The notes beneath the pieces were generated by a model. The model was given only the letters and a program-made list of their open reading frames with translations, did no database searches and was not told where the DNA came from. Below are positions 17,351-25,202 of a stretch of 25,202 nucleotides of DNA, piece by piece. The position numbers and the translations under genes were made by a program. Numbering within the stretch: the first letter of the stretch is position 1; each line of letters starts with the position of its first letter. The stretch comes from Bacillota bacterium. GTDB lineage: Bacteria > Bacillota > Clostridia > Lachnospirales > Anaerotignaceae. The stretch spans positions 1 to 25,202 of the forward strand of contig JAFYQL010000173.1 of the NCBI GenBank assembly GCA_017547125.1, in the 5' to 3' direction.

Positions 17351-19867
17351 TTAGTTGTTGCTTTTTGCTGTGTCAATACCTGCAGCGCCGACTAAACCAA
17401 GCTTGTTGGCATATTCTTCGCGCATCTTATATTTTAACACTTTTCCAGCTGCATTCATAGGGAATGAGTCGACAAAGTCAATGTATTTAGGAACTTTATG
17501 TCTTGCCATGCTTGCGGCGATGTAGTCGTGCATTTCTTCAACTGTCATGCTGCAGCCTTCCTTAAGGATAACGCAGGCCATAGCTTCTTCGCCGTAGCGC
17601 TTGTCAGGAACACCGATAACCTGTACGTCACGTACTGATGGGTGTGTATAGATAAATTCTTCAATTTCTTTTGGATAAATGTTTTCGCCGCCGCGGATAA
17701 TCATATCTTTAAGACGACCTGTGATACGGAATGTACCGTCAGCTTCTCTGCAGGCAAGGTCGCCTGAGTGGAGCCATCCGTCTGCGTCGATAGTGTCACG
17801 GGTTGCTTCAGGCATCTTGTAGTAGCCTTTCATAATGTTGTAACCGCGTGAGCAGAATTCGCCGTTTACGCCGTCAGGAACAACTTCGCCTGTTTCTGGG
17901 TCAATAACCTTACATTCAACGTGTGGGAAGTTATAGCCAACAGTGTTTGTACGAAGATCAAGAGGATCTTCCCAAGCTGACATTGTGCTGCCCGGAGATG
18001 ATTCTGTTTGGCCGTAAACACTTACGATACCTGTCATATTCATTTCGTTAGGGTCTGCAGCACGTCTCATAAGGTCAGGAGGACAGCCGGCGCCGGCCAT
18101 AATACCTGTACGCATGTATGAGAAGTTAGTCTTTCTGTAGTCTTCGTGGTTGAACATAGCTATGAACATAGTAGGCACACCGTTGAAGCAAGTGATTCTT
18201 TCCTGATTGATGCAGGCAAGTGATGATTTTGCTGAGAAGTATGGAAGCGGACAAACTGTTGCACCGTGTGTGAGAGATGCAGTCATTGAAAGTACCATAC
18301 CGAAGCAGTGGAACATAGGAACCTGAATCATCATACGGTCTGCAGTTGAAAGTCCCATTCTGTCACCGATACATTTACCGTTGTTAACTACGTTGTAGTG
18401 TGTAAGCATAACGCCTTTAGGGAAACCTGTTGTACCTGATGTGTACTGCATATTACAAACATCGTCAGGTCTTACCTTTGCTGCCATTCTGTTAAGTTCT
18501 TCAGGGGCAACAAGGTCTGCTCTTTCCATAGCTTCTTCAAATGTGAGGCAGCCAGGCTGCTTGAAGCCAACTGTAATTACATTACGAAGGAATGGAAGGC
18601 GTTTGCAGTGAAGAGGCTTGCCAGGTTTGCTTGTGGCAATTTCAGGACAAAGCTCATTGATAATCTGTTTGTAGTTTGAGTCAAGACAAGACTCAATCAT
18701 AATAAGTGTATGAGTATCTGACTGGCGGAAAAGGTAGTCAGCTTCGTGAATCTTGTATGCTGTGTTTACAGTAACAAGTACGGCACCGATTTTTGTTGTT
18801 GCCCAGAAAGCAATATACCATGCAGGTACGTTTGTTGCCCAAACTGATACCTTATTGCCTGCTTTTACGCCAAGAGAGATAAGTGCTCTTGCAAAGTTAT
18901 CAACGTCTTCACGGAATTCTTCGTATGTACGTACATAGTCAAGTGTTGTGTACTTGAATGCATACTGGTCAGGGAATTCTTCAACCATACGGTCAAGAAC
19001 CTGTGAGAATGTGAGGTTGATAAGTTCGTCTTTTTTCCAAACATACTGGCCTGTGCCGTCGTGGTTAGGATAAAGAACTTTCTTTTTGCCGCGTGTCTTT
19101 TCGAAACGGCTCATATAGTTTACAAAGTGAGGGAAAATAACTTCGTATTCAGGAAGGTCTTCCATCCACTCAATTTTCCATTCAAGAGAAATATAACCGT
19201 CATAGTCGATTGATGAAAGCGCTCTCATCATATCATCGATAGGAAGAGTACCTTCGCCTATAAGGTTGTATGTGTCTTTGTCGTCTGAGTCACGGAAATG
19301 AACGTGTTTTACATAAGCACCAAGGTTTTTGATAGTTGCATCTGCGCTTTCGTTAAAGTCGCGATATGGGTGGTGAATATCCCATAATGCAGCAAGCTGG
19401 TCGCATGCAAAGCTGTCCATAAGTGAACGGAGACGTGATGTGTCAGCATAAATACCGCTTGTTTTTACAAGAATTGTTACGTCTGCATCTTCTGCATCGT
19501 CAAGAAGCTCAGCTATTCTTTCGCGAACGAGGTCTTCGTTTTCGTGAAGAGCAACAACTGTAACGTATGGAACCTGCATCTGTTTTGCAGTCTGAATAAG
19601 TTCTTTGATGGCAGGAACAAAGTTTTCTTCGTTTGAAGAAAGGTCACAGGATGTATCGAAACAAGGAATAGCAAGTTTCTTTTCTCTGAGCTGACGAGAT
19701 GTTGATGCCATATTATATTTGTGGAAAGGGCCACTGCGTTCTGTTAATTCAGGGAATTTTGGAAGGTTATAAACTTCTATGCCGGCAAAATCCATTGTTT
19801 CGCCAATTTCAAGATATTCATCCCAGTTTAAATGAGCCCAGCCTCTGGTTGAAAATGAAAGTTTCAT
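17351..19867 (-). CDS. AMP-forming acyl-CoA synthetase with N-terminal xylose-isomerase-like TIM-barrel domain
   Basis: C-terminal ~560 aa: YTSGTTGFPKG, PMFHCFG, YGQTE, GWLHSGDL, RLKDMIIRGGENIYP, AGKVLK. N-terminal ~255 aa: FAGIEV, WDIHH, KHVHFRD, GEGTLP, YDGYISLEW. Confidence 0.9.
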   Translation of the reverse strand: MKLSFSTRGWAHLNWDEYLEIGETMDFAGIEVYNLPKFPELTERSGPFHKYNMASTSRQLREKKLAIPCFDTSCDLSSNEENFVPAIKELIQTAKQMQVPYVTVVALHENEDLVRERIAELLDDAEDADVTILVKTSGIYADTSRLRSLMDSFACDQLAALWDIHHPYRDFNESADATIKNLGAYVKHVHFRDSDDKDTYNLIGEGTLPIDDMMRALSSIDYDGYISLEWKIEWMEDLPEYEVIFPHFVNYMSRFEKTRGKKKVLYPNHDGTGQYVWKKDELINLTFSQVLDRMVEEFPDQYAFKYTTLDYVRTYEEFREDVDNFARALISLGVKAGNKVSVWATNVPAWYIAFWATTKIGAVLVTVNTAYKIHEADYLFRQSDTHTLIMIESCLDSNYKQIINELCPEIATSKPGKPLHCKRLPFLRNVITVGFKQPGCLTFEEAMERADLVAPEELNRMAAKVRPDDVCNMQYTSGTTGFPKGVMLTHYNVVNNGKCIGDRMGLSTADRMMIQVPMFHCFGMVLSMTASLTHGATVCPLPYFSAKSSLACINQERITCFNGVPTMFIAMFNHEDYRKTNFSYMRTGIMAGAGCPPDLMRRAADPNEMNMTGIVSVYGQTESSPGSTMSAWEDPLDLRTNTVGYNFPHVECKVIDPETGEVVPDGVNGEFCSRGYNIMKGYYKMPEATRDTIDADGWLHSGDLACREADGTFRITGRLKDMIIRGGENIYPKEIEEFIYTHPSVRDVQVIGVPDKRYGEEAMACVILKEGCSMTVEEMHDYIAASMARHKVPKYIDFVDSFPMNAAGKVLKYKMREEYANKLGLVGAAGIDTAKSNN

Positions 19868-21279
19868 TATACCTCAGCCTCCTCGTAAGTAATCTTATTA
19901 AGTGCGTTGATGTAAGCCTGAATACTTGAGCCTACGATGTCAGTTGATGTACCACGGCCTGAGTAAAGTTTGCCATTGGAACGAAGTTTAACTACAGTTT
20001 CGCCCATAGCTTCGCGGCCTTCTGTTACGGAACGAATCTGGAAATCATCAAGTTCATAATGGCAGCCAAGAATGTTTTCGATAGCAAGGAATGCTGAGTC
20101 GATAGGACCGTCGCCAAGTGCAACGCCTTCAAGCATCTGACCATGTTTTTCAAGCTTCATATGAGCCATTGATGATGATGTGTTGCTTGCTGTGATGTTG
20201 TAGCTGTGAAGAACGTATGTTGAAGGAACCTGCATAGCTGCTGAAGCAACGATTGTATCAAGTTCTCTTGTTGTGATAACGTCTTTTCTTGCGGCGATTT
20301 TCTGGAATGCATCCCAAACCTGTGCGCCGTCTTCTTCGCTTAAGTCATAGCCAAGTTTTTCAACTGATTTAAGTACAGTTGACATATTGTCGTGGCTTGT
20401 AAGTGACATATCTTCTGTAATTTCCTGAACACCATTGTCGAATGGTGAGTTTTTGCTTCTTCTTGTTTCGCACATCCATGAAATCTGTTTGATGATGCGG
20501 TTCATTTCAACTGTGCGTACGCTGCAGTTAACTCCGAATGAGTCGCCTTTTGCAGCAAGAAGACGTGAAACGTGAGGAAGTGATACAGTGTTTATTTGAT
20601 ATGCAGCAGCTTTAATTTCTTTTACGCCGTGTTTGATAGCAGCAACTGCACAGGCATCAGCCATAGCAAGTTCGTTTGAACATGAAAGGCCAAGCACTGC
20701 ATCTTTAAGCTCATCAACATTTGCATAAAGTTCATCAATAAATTCGCCAAGTTCGTCAGGAAGCATAGCACCTGTTGCATCGCATACAGTTACTGTTTTT
20801 GCACCTGCATTGATAGCTGATTTGATAACTTGATATAAAAATGCCTTGTCGCTTCTTGTTGCGTCATCTGCAATAAATTCTACGTCGCTTGTTTTTGCGC
20901 AGCAGGCAGCAATTGTATTTTCAATAGCCTTAAGCATAGCTTCAGGCTTTTTGTTGAAAAGGTATTCCATCTGAACTGGGCTTACAGAAGCACGTACCTG
21001 AAGACGAGGATGTTTAGCCTCTTTAAGTGCATTCCAAGTGATGTCGATGCTTTCTTCAGCAAGCTGAACAGGTACTGCTACGATACTGTTTTTTACTGTT
21101 GAAGCAACTGATTTTATACGTAAAGAATCAATCTTAGGCTGTGTGATAGGTTCAAGCTCAATTACAGAAACGTTTAGTTTATCAAGCAGTTTAGGTATTT
21201 CAATCTTTTCTTTGAAAGAAAGAGTAAATTCTTTTCCGGTCTGTTTCATTGTAATGTCACTGATTCTGATCTGGTCCAT
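19867..21279 (-). CDS. LeuA (2-isopropylmalate synthase)-like protein, predicted catalytically inactive, with intact C-terminal regulatory domain
   Basis: LeuA-like EFIADDATRSD and VCDATGAMLP; regulatory domain GDGPIDSA, EGREAMGE, STDIVGSS. The RDGEQ, HxH and GERxGN motifs are absent. ATG 21279 after AAGAGGTG; the track start lies inside the T-box terminator. Confidence 0.85.
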   Translation of the reverse strand: MDQIRISDITMKQTGKEFTLSFKEKIEIPKLLDKLNVSVIELEPITQPKIDSLRIKSVASTVKNSIVAVPVQLAEESIDITWNALKEAKHPRLQVRASVSPVQMEYLFNKKPEAMLKAIENTIAACCAKTSDVEFIADDATRSDKAFLYQVIKSAINAGAKTVTVCDATGAMLPDELGEFIDELYANVDELKDAVLGLSCSNELAMADACAVAAIKHGVKEIKAAAYQINTVSLPHVSRLLAAKGDSFGVNCSVRTVEMNRIIKQISWMCETRRSKNSPFDNGVQEITEDMSLTSHDNMSTVLKSVEKLGYDLSEEDGAQVWDAFQKIAARKDVITTRELDTIVASAAMQVPSTYVLHSYNITASNTSSSMAHMKLEKHGQMLEGVALGDGPIDSAFLAIENILGCHYELDDFQIRSVTEGREAMGETVVKLRSNGKLYSGRGTSTDIVGSSIQAYINALNKITYEEAEV

Positions 21280-21307
21280 TTTGTTACACCTCTTTTTTCT
21301 GAATAAA

Positions 21308-21340
21308 TAAAAAAATCCTTGAAGCATTATGCCTCAAGGA
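21308..21340 (-). terminator. T-box attenuator terminator
   Basis: TCCTTGAGGCA-taa-TGCTTCAAGGA-TTTTTTT, mutually exclusive with the antiterminator. Confidence 0.92.
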
Positions 21341-21590
21341 CGAACAATCAAATTCGCGGTACCACCTTGATTACAGCAGCCTTTCAGCATACTGTCTCTC
21401 TCGGACTCGTAAAAGCCCATAGCCTGTAACGGGGCGACCGTACTCCACTACCCAAATGAAAACATTCTTCGCAGAGTCGACTCAGGAGTGAGACTGCAAT
21501 CTTTCTTCCGTACCGATTTTCACCAGCCATCGGCTCTCTGAAACTTTCGTAAAGATGCATAATTCCGTTATAGTCGTTGTGTTTTTAAAA
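21308..21590 (-). promoter_or_regulatory. T-box riboswitch leader, leucine-specific (CUC specifier)
   Basis: Minus strand shows stem I with AGAGAG bulge and GCTGGTGAAA loop, specifier region CTCACTC (21492-21486), stem II, CCGTTA stem IIA/B, stem III, T-box AAGGTGGTACCGCG (21368-21355) with partner CGTCCTT, and an overlapping terminator. Confidence 0.95.
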
Positions 21591-21598
21591 TTGCATTT

Positions 21599-21628
21599 AG
21601 TATAGCACAAAAAAGGGGAAATAGTCAA
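21599..21628 (-). promoter_or_regulatory. Sigma-A promoter of the T-box operon
   Basis: TTGACT-N18-TATACT with extended -10 TGc, directly upstream of stem I. Confidence 0.8.
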
Positions 21629-21778
21629 ACAAAAAATGGCAAAAATGGTGTATTTTTATAAACACATTAGCCTGAATGCTGAATAAAAATGCATGCAAGA
21701 AATAAGTTGGTTATACAATGCACTTTTTGGTGTGCGGAAAGGATTTGACTCCGTAAAAACAAAGAATACAGGCATAAA

Positions 21779-21808
21779 GAATAATATTATATAAAAAGGT
21801 AAATACTG
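21779..21808 (+). promoter_or_regulatory. SigF/SigG-type promoter of gpr
   Basis: GAATA-N18-AATACTG (equivalently N15-GTAAATACTG); agrees with known forespore control of gpr. Confidence 0.55.
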
Positions 21809-21837
21809 ATGAAAAAAATATTTATGGAGTGATTTTG

Positions 21838-22818
21838 ATGAATAATAATAAGATTACAATAAGAACAGACCTTGCGCTTGAAAACTGCGAAATGCTGAAG
21901 GAAGAGGGGACTTTGTCAGACGGAATAAAGTGCAGAGAAGACAAGACTGATATATACAAAATAACAACCGTCGAAATACTTAATAAAACCGGAAGTGATG
22001 CATTGGGCAGACCTGAAGGACGATACGTTACAATAGAAAGCAATTATCTCAATTTTAATGATGCTACATGCCTGAGTTCAATTGCTGAAAAAACTGCAGA
22101 AATAATAGGAAGTCTTGCAGATTTTGAAACGGCAGAGAGCATACTTGCCGTTGGTCTTGGAAATTGGAATATAACTCCCGATGCATTGGGACCGAAGGTT
22201 ATAGACAAGCTTCTTGTTACAAGGCATATTATGGATACTGTGCCTGAAGAGTTAGAGGGCAATGTACGCAGTCTTTCGGCACTTTCTCCGGGGGTTATGG
22301 GTATAACGGGCATAGAAACCTTTGAAATAATAAAAGGTGTGGCAGATAAGGTAAAGCCGGACGTGATTATTGCCATAGATGCCCTTGCGGCAAGAAACAT
22401 TAGCAGGGTAAACACGACCATACAGCTTAGCGACACAGGTGTTGCTCCTGGTGCAGGTGTGGGCAACAAACGATGCGAGCTCAGTAGAAAAACACTTGGT
22501 ATACCTGTTATTGCTATAGGTGTGCCTACAGTGGTTGATGCTGCAACACTTGTTAACGACACTATGGAAAAGATACTTGGGCAGATGGCTTTTCACTCGG
22601 GAAAAGGCGGAGCAGTATATAAAATGATAGAAGAGATGAATGACGAAGATAAGTATGGGCTTATATGTGAAATGCTTGGTTCACAAGAGGCAAATATGTT
22701 TGTAACGCCAAAGGAAGTTGATCTGGTTATAGAAAGGCTTTCAGGTATAATTTCTGATGCTGTAAACATTGCTGTTCATCCCGGTTTTTCCATAGAAGAT
22801 ACAAGAAAATACAAATAA
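21838..22818 (+). CDS. gpr: GPR endopeptidase (germination protease)
   Basis: RTDLALE, VGLGNWNITPDALGP, IAIDALAAR, GVPTVV, VTPKEVD. ATG 21838 follows GGAGTGA. Confidence 0.95.
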   Translation: MNNNKITIRTDLALENCEMLKEEGTLSDGIKCREDKTDIYKITTVEILNKTGSDALGRPEGRYVTIESNYLNFNDATCLSSIAEKTAEIIGSLADFETAESILAVGLGNWNITPDALGPKVIDKLLVTRHIMDTVPEELEGNVRSLSALSPGVMGITGIETFEIIKGVADKVKPDVIIAIDALAARNISRVNTTIQLSDTGVAPGAGVGNKRCELSRKTLGIPVIAIGVPTVVDAATLVNDTMEKILGQMAFHSGKGGAVYKMIEEMNDEDKYGLICEMLGSQEANMFVTPKEVDLVIERLSGIISDAVNIAVHPGFSIEDTRKYK

Positions 22819-22962
22819 AATGCTATGTTTTGCAGTATTTTTGTTATAACAGGCTGCAAAGGGAAAAGGCTCTGTTATCGGCAAAATAACTTATTTTTTG
22901 TGTATAACGAACAAAAAATTGTTGAAGTTTTTTATAGTGCACTGCAGTAAGGTAAAATAAAC

Positions 22963-22991
22963 TTGACACAATTATTAAAAAGGAATAAAAT
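22963..22991 (+). promoter_or_regulatory. Sigma-A promoter of rny
   Basis: TTGACA-N17-TAAAAT; short hairpin TGGGC-ctat-GCCCA (22999-23012) at the predicted 5' end. Confidence 0.8.
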
Positions 22992-23047
22992 TAACAGGTG
23001 GGCCTATGCCCATTATGAAGTTTTATGAAAAGACAGGAGGAATAACG

Positions 23048-24586
23048 ATGACAGTAATTACTATTGCCGTTGGCATCGTTGCCCTCTTACTTGGCTTAAT
23101 AGTTGGCATTATCTATAGAAAACACATTGCCGAAGCAAAGGTCGGCGTTGCTGAAGACAGAGCTAAAAAAATAGTTGAAGATGCTGAAAAGAATGCAGAA
23201 GCAAGAAAGAAAGAAATTCTGCTTGAAGCTAAGGAAGAGAGCATTAAAACAAAGAACGAACTTGAAAGAGAAGTTAGAGAAAGAAGAAACGAACTTTCAA
23301 GAACAGAAAGAAGACTCGTTCAGAAAGAAGAAACTCTCGATAGAAAAGCTGATTCATTTGAACGCAAAGAAGAACAGATGAATAAGAAAATCGAAGAGTT
23401 AGACAAACAGAAGGAAGAAGTTGAAAAGCTTCATGAAAAGCAGCTTGAAGAACTTGAAAGAATTTCAGGCCTTACAAAAGAAGAAGCAAAGAACTACCTT
23501 CTTGGCAGCATCGAAAACGATGTTAAACACGAAGCTGCTATGATGATTAAAGAAATCGAAGGCAAAGCAAAGCTTGAAGCTGAAAAGAAATCAAGAGAAA
23601 TCGTTGCAAATGCTATTCAGAGATGTGCTGTTGACCACGTTACAGAAACAACAGTTTCAGTTGTACAGCTTCCAAACGACGAAATGAAGGGTAGAATCAT
23701 TGGTCGTGAAGGTAGAAATATCAGAGCCATTGAAACTCAGACAGGTGTTGACCTGATCATCGACGATACTCCGGAAGCGGTTATTATTTCCGGTTTCGAT
23801 CCTGTAAGAAGAGAAATTGCAAGACTTGCTCTTGAAAAGCTTATCGTTGACGGCCGTGTTCATCCATCAAGAATTGAAGAAATGGTTGAAAAGGCAAGAA
23901 AAGAAGTTGAACAGATTATCAGAGACGAAGGAGAAGCTGCTTCATTTGAAACAGGTGTAAATGGTCTTCACCCTGAAATTATCAGACTTTTAGGTAAACT
24001 TAAATACAGAACAAGCTACGGTCAGAATGTACTTAAACATTCTATCGAAGTATCACACCTTGCAGGCCTTATGGCTGCTGAGCTTGGCGTTGATGTTAAC
24101 ATTGCAAAACGTGCAGGTCTCCTTCACGATATCGGCAAGAGCATCGACCACGAAATGGAAGGCTCACACGTTTCTATCGGTGTTGGCATTCTCAAAAAAC
24201 ACAGAGAATCAGAAATCGTTATCAATGCGGTTGAAGCACATCACGGCGACGTTGAACCACAGAGCATTATTGCAGTACTTGTTCAGGCTGCTGACGCAAT
24301 TTCAGCTGCAAGACCAGGCGCAAGAAGAGAAACTCTTGAAAGCTACATAAAACGTCTCCAGAGACTTGAAGAAATCGGTGACAGCTTCAAGGGTGTTGAA
24401 AAGACATTTGCTATCCAGGCAGGTCGTGAACTCAGAATTATCGTTGTTCCTGAAGAAATCACAGATGACGGCCTTACACTTCTTGCAAGAGATATCGCTA
24501 AGAAGATTGAAGATGAACTTGAATATCCAGGTCAGATCAAAGTAAGCCTTGTAAGAGAAACAAGAGCAACAGAATACGCAAAATAA
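23048..24586 (+). CDS. rny: Ribonuclease Y
   Basis: N-terminal TM, coiled coil, KH ([11 protein letters not shown]), HD (LLHDIGK), C-terminal AIQAGRE; AGGAGG SD 7 nt before ATG 23048. Confidence 0.97.
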   Translation: MTVITIAVGIVALLLGLIVGIIYRKHIAEAKVGVAEDRAKKIVEDAEKNAEARKKEILLEAKEESIKTKNELEREVRERRNELSRTERRLVQKEETLDRKADSFERKEEQMNKKIEELDKQKEEVEKLHEKQLEELERISGLTKEEAKNYLLGSIENDVKHEAAMMIKEIEGKAKLEAEKKSREIVANAIQRCAVDHVTETTVSVVQLPNDEMKGRIIGREGRNIRAIETQTGVDLIIDDTPEAVIISGFDPVRREIARLALEKLIVDGRVHPSRIEEMVEKARKEVEQIIRDEGEAASFETGVNGLHPEIIRLLGKLKYRTSYGQNVLKHSIEVSHLAGLMAAELGVDVNIAKRAGLLHDIGKSIDHEMEGSHVSIGVGILKKHRESEIVINAVEAHHGDVEPQSIIAVLVQAADAISAARPGARRETLESYIKRLQRLEEIGDSFKGVEKTFAIQAGRELRIIVVPEEITDDGLTLLARDIAKKIEDELEYPGQIKVSLVRETRATEYAK

Positions 24587-24617
24587 AAAGATGTGGGTTT
24601 TGCCCACATCTTTTTTT
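24586..24617 (+). terminator. Intrinsic terminator after rny
   Basis: AAAAGATGTGGG-ttttg-CCCACATCTTTTTTT. Confidence 0.9.
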
Positions 24618-24696
24618 AGTGTAAAAACAACTGTAAAGAAAAAAGTTTTGTGATAAAATATAAAATAAGAAAGTATGTGAATAGGAGGCGTGTTTT

Positions 24697-25202
24697 ATGA
24701 ATGCCAATGTTATACTTATAGTTTTGATACCGTTTCTTGGAACAATTATAGGTTCCGGATTTGTATTTTTTCTTAAAGGAGAAATGAAACAGGGAGTACA
24801 GAGAGCCCTTACAGGCTTTGCTGCCGGCGTAATGGTTGCGGCATCTGTGTGGAGCCTTATTATTCCGGCCATGGAAGAAAGTGCACATATGGGCAAGCTT
24901 GCATTTATTCCTGCATTTATAGGTGTGTGGGCAGGTTTCCTTTTTCTTCTTGCACTTGATGAATTTGTTCCGCATCTTCATTTGAACAGTCAGTGCCCTG
25001 AAGGCAAGGCGTGTAATCTTGGAAAATCAACAATGATGGTTTTTGCCGTGGCACTGCACAATTTTCCTGAAGGCATGGCAGTTGGTGTAGTTGCAGCGGG
25101 ATGGCTTACAGGAAACGGAGAAATTTCCATAGCGGCGGCACTTGCTCTTTCGCTTGGCATTGCCCTTCAGAATGTGCCGGAAGGCGCTATTATATCTATG
25201 CC
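24697..25202 (+). CDS. ZIP-family (ZupT/GufA-like) metal transporter, 3' truncated by window
   Basis: Translated by hand from ATG 24697 (AGGAGG SD): MNANVILIVLIPFLGT...GFAAGVMVAASVWSLIIPA...HNFPEGMAVG...GIALQNVPEG. Not in the ORF track because the stop is outside the window. Confidence 0.92.
   Translation, partial: MNANVILIVLIPFLGTIIGSGFVFFLKGEMKQGVQRALTGFAAGVMVAASVWSLIIPAMEESAHMGKLAFIPAFIGVWAGFLFLLALDEFVPHLHLNSQCPEGKACNLGKSTMMVFAVALHNFPEGMAVGVVAAGWLTGNGEISIAAALALSLGIALQNVPEGAIISM

Noticed and set aside
19867-21279. Calling this gene a functional leuA, or a pseudogene
   Set aside because: The catalytic motifs are absent, so it is not a normal LeuA. The frame, SD, coupling and regulatory domain are intact, so it is not a decayed gene.
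21280-21327. 16 aa extension or leader peptide before the LeuA-like gene
   Set aside because: It runs through the T-box terminator and U-tract; regulation is explained by the T-box and the SD supports ATG 21279.
22936-22948. Overlapping palindromes AGTGCACT/ACTGCAGT
   Set aside because: Short 8-mers with no supporting context; likely chance.

Overview
A 25.2 kb chromosomal window from a low-GC, spore-forming anaerobic Clostridia-type bacterium (exact lineage not determinable here). There is no mobile element, CRISPR array, rRNA or tRNA. Order: rplT 3' end, rpsT, an uncharacterised lipoprotein (-), an F-type ATP synthase operon atpB-E-F-[delta/alpha fusion]-G-D-C, a PdaB-like polysaccharide deacetylase, a housekeeping pyruvate:ferredoxin oxidoreductase (PFOR), a PfkB kinase, an uninterrupted sigK (-), a three-gene minus-strand operon under a leucine-specific T-box, gpr, rny and the 5' part of a ZIP transporter. 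Two things stand out. (1) The Leu T-box operon (13851-21628) has a LeuA homologue that has lost its catalytic and metal-binding residues but kept its leucine-binding domain, an acyl-CoA ligase fused to a degenerate TIM barrel, and a second PFOR paralogue with altered residues near the active site. I infer a leucine-starvation-induced salvage route (isovalerate -> isovaleryl-CoA -> 2-oxoisocaproate by reductive carboxylation) with a leucine-sensing pseudoenzyme. (2) The ATP synthase has no separate delta gene; only the delta C-terminal domain is present, fused in frame to alpha. All family calls come from motif recognition by eye, with no database searches, so novelty is unverified.
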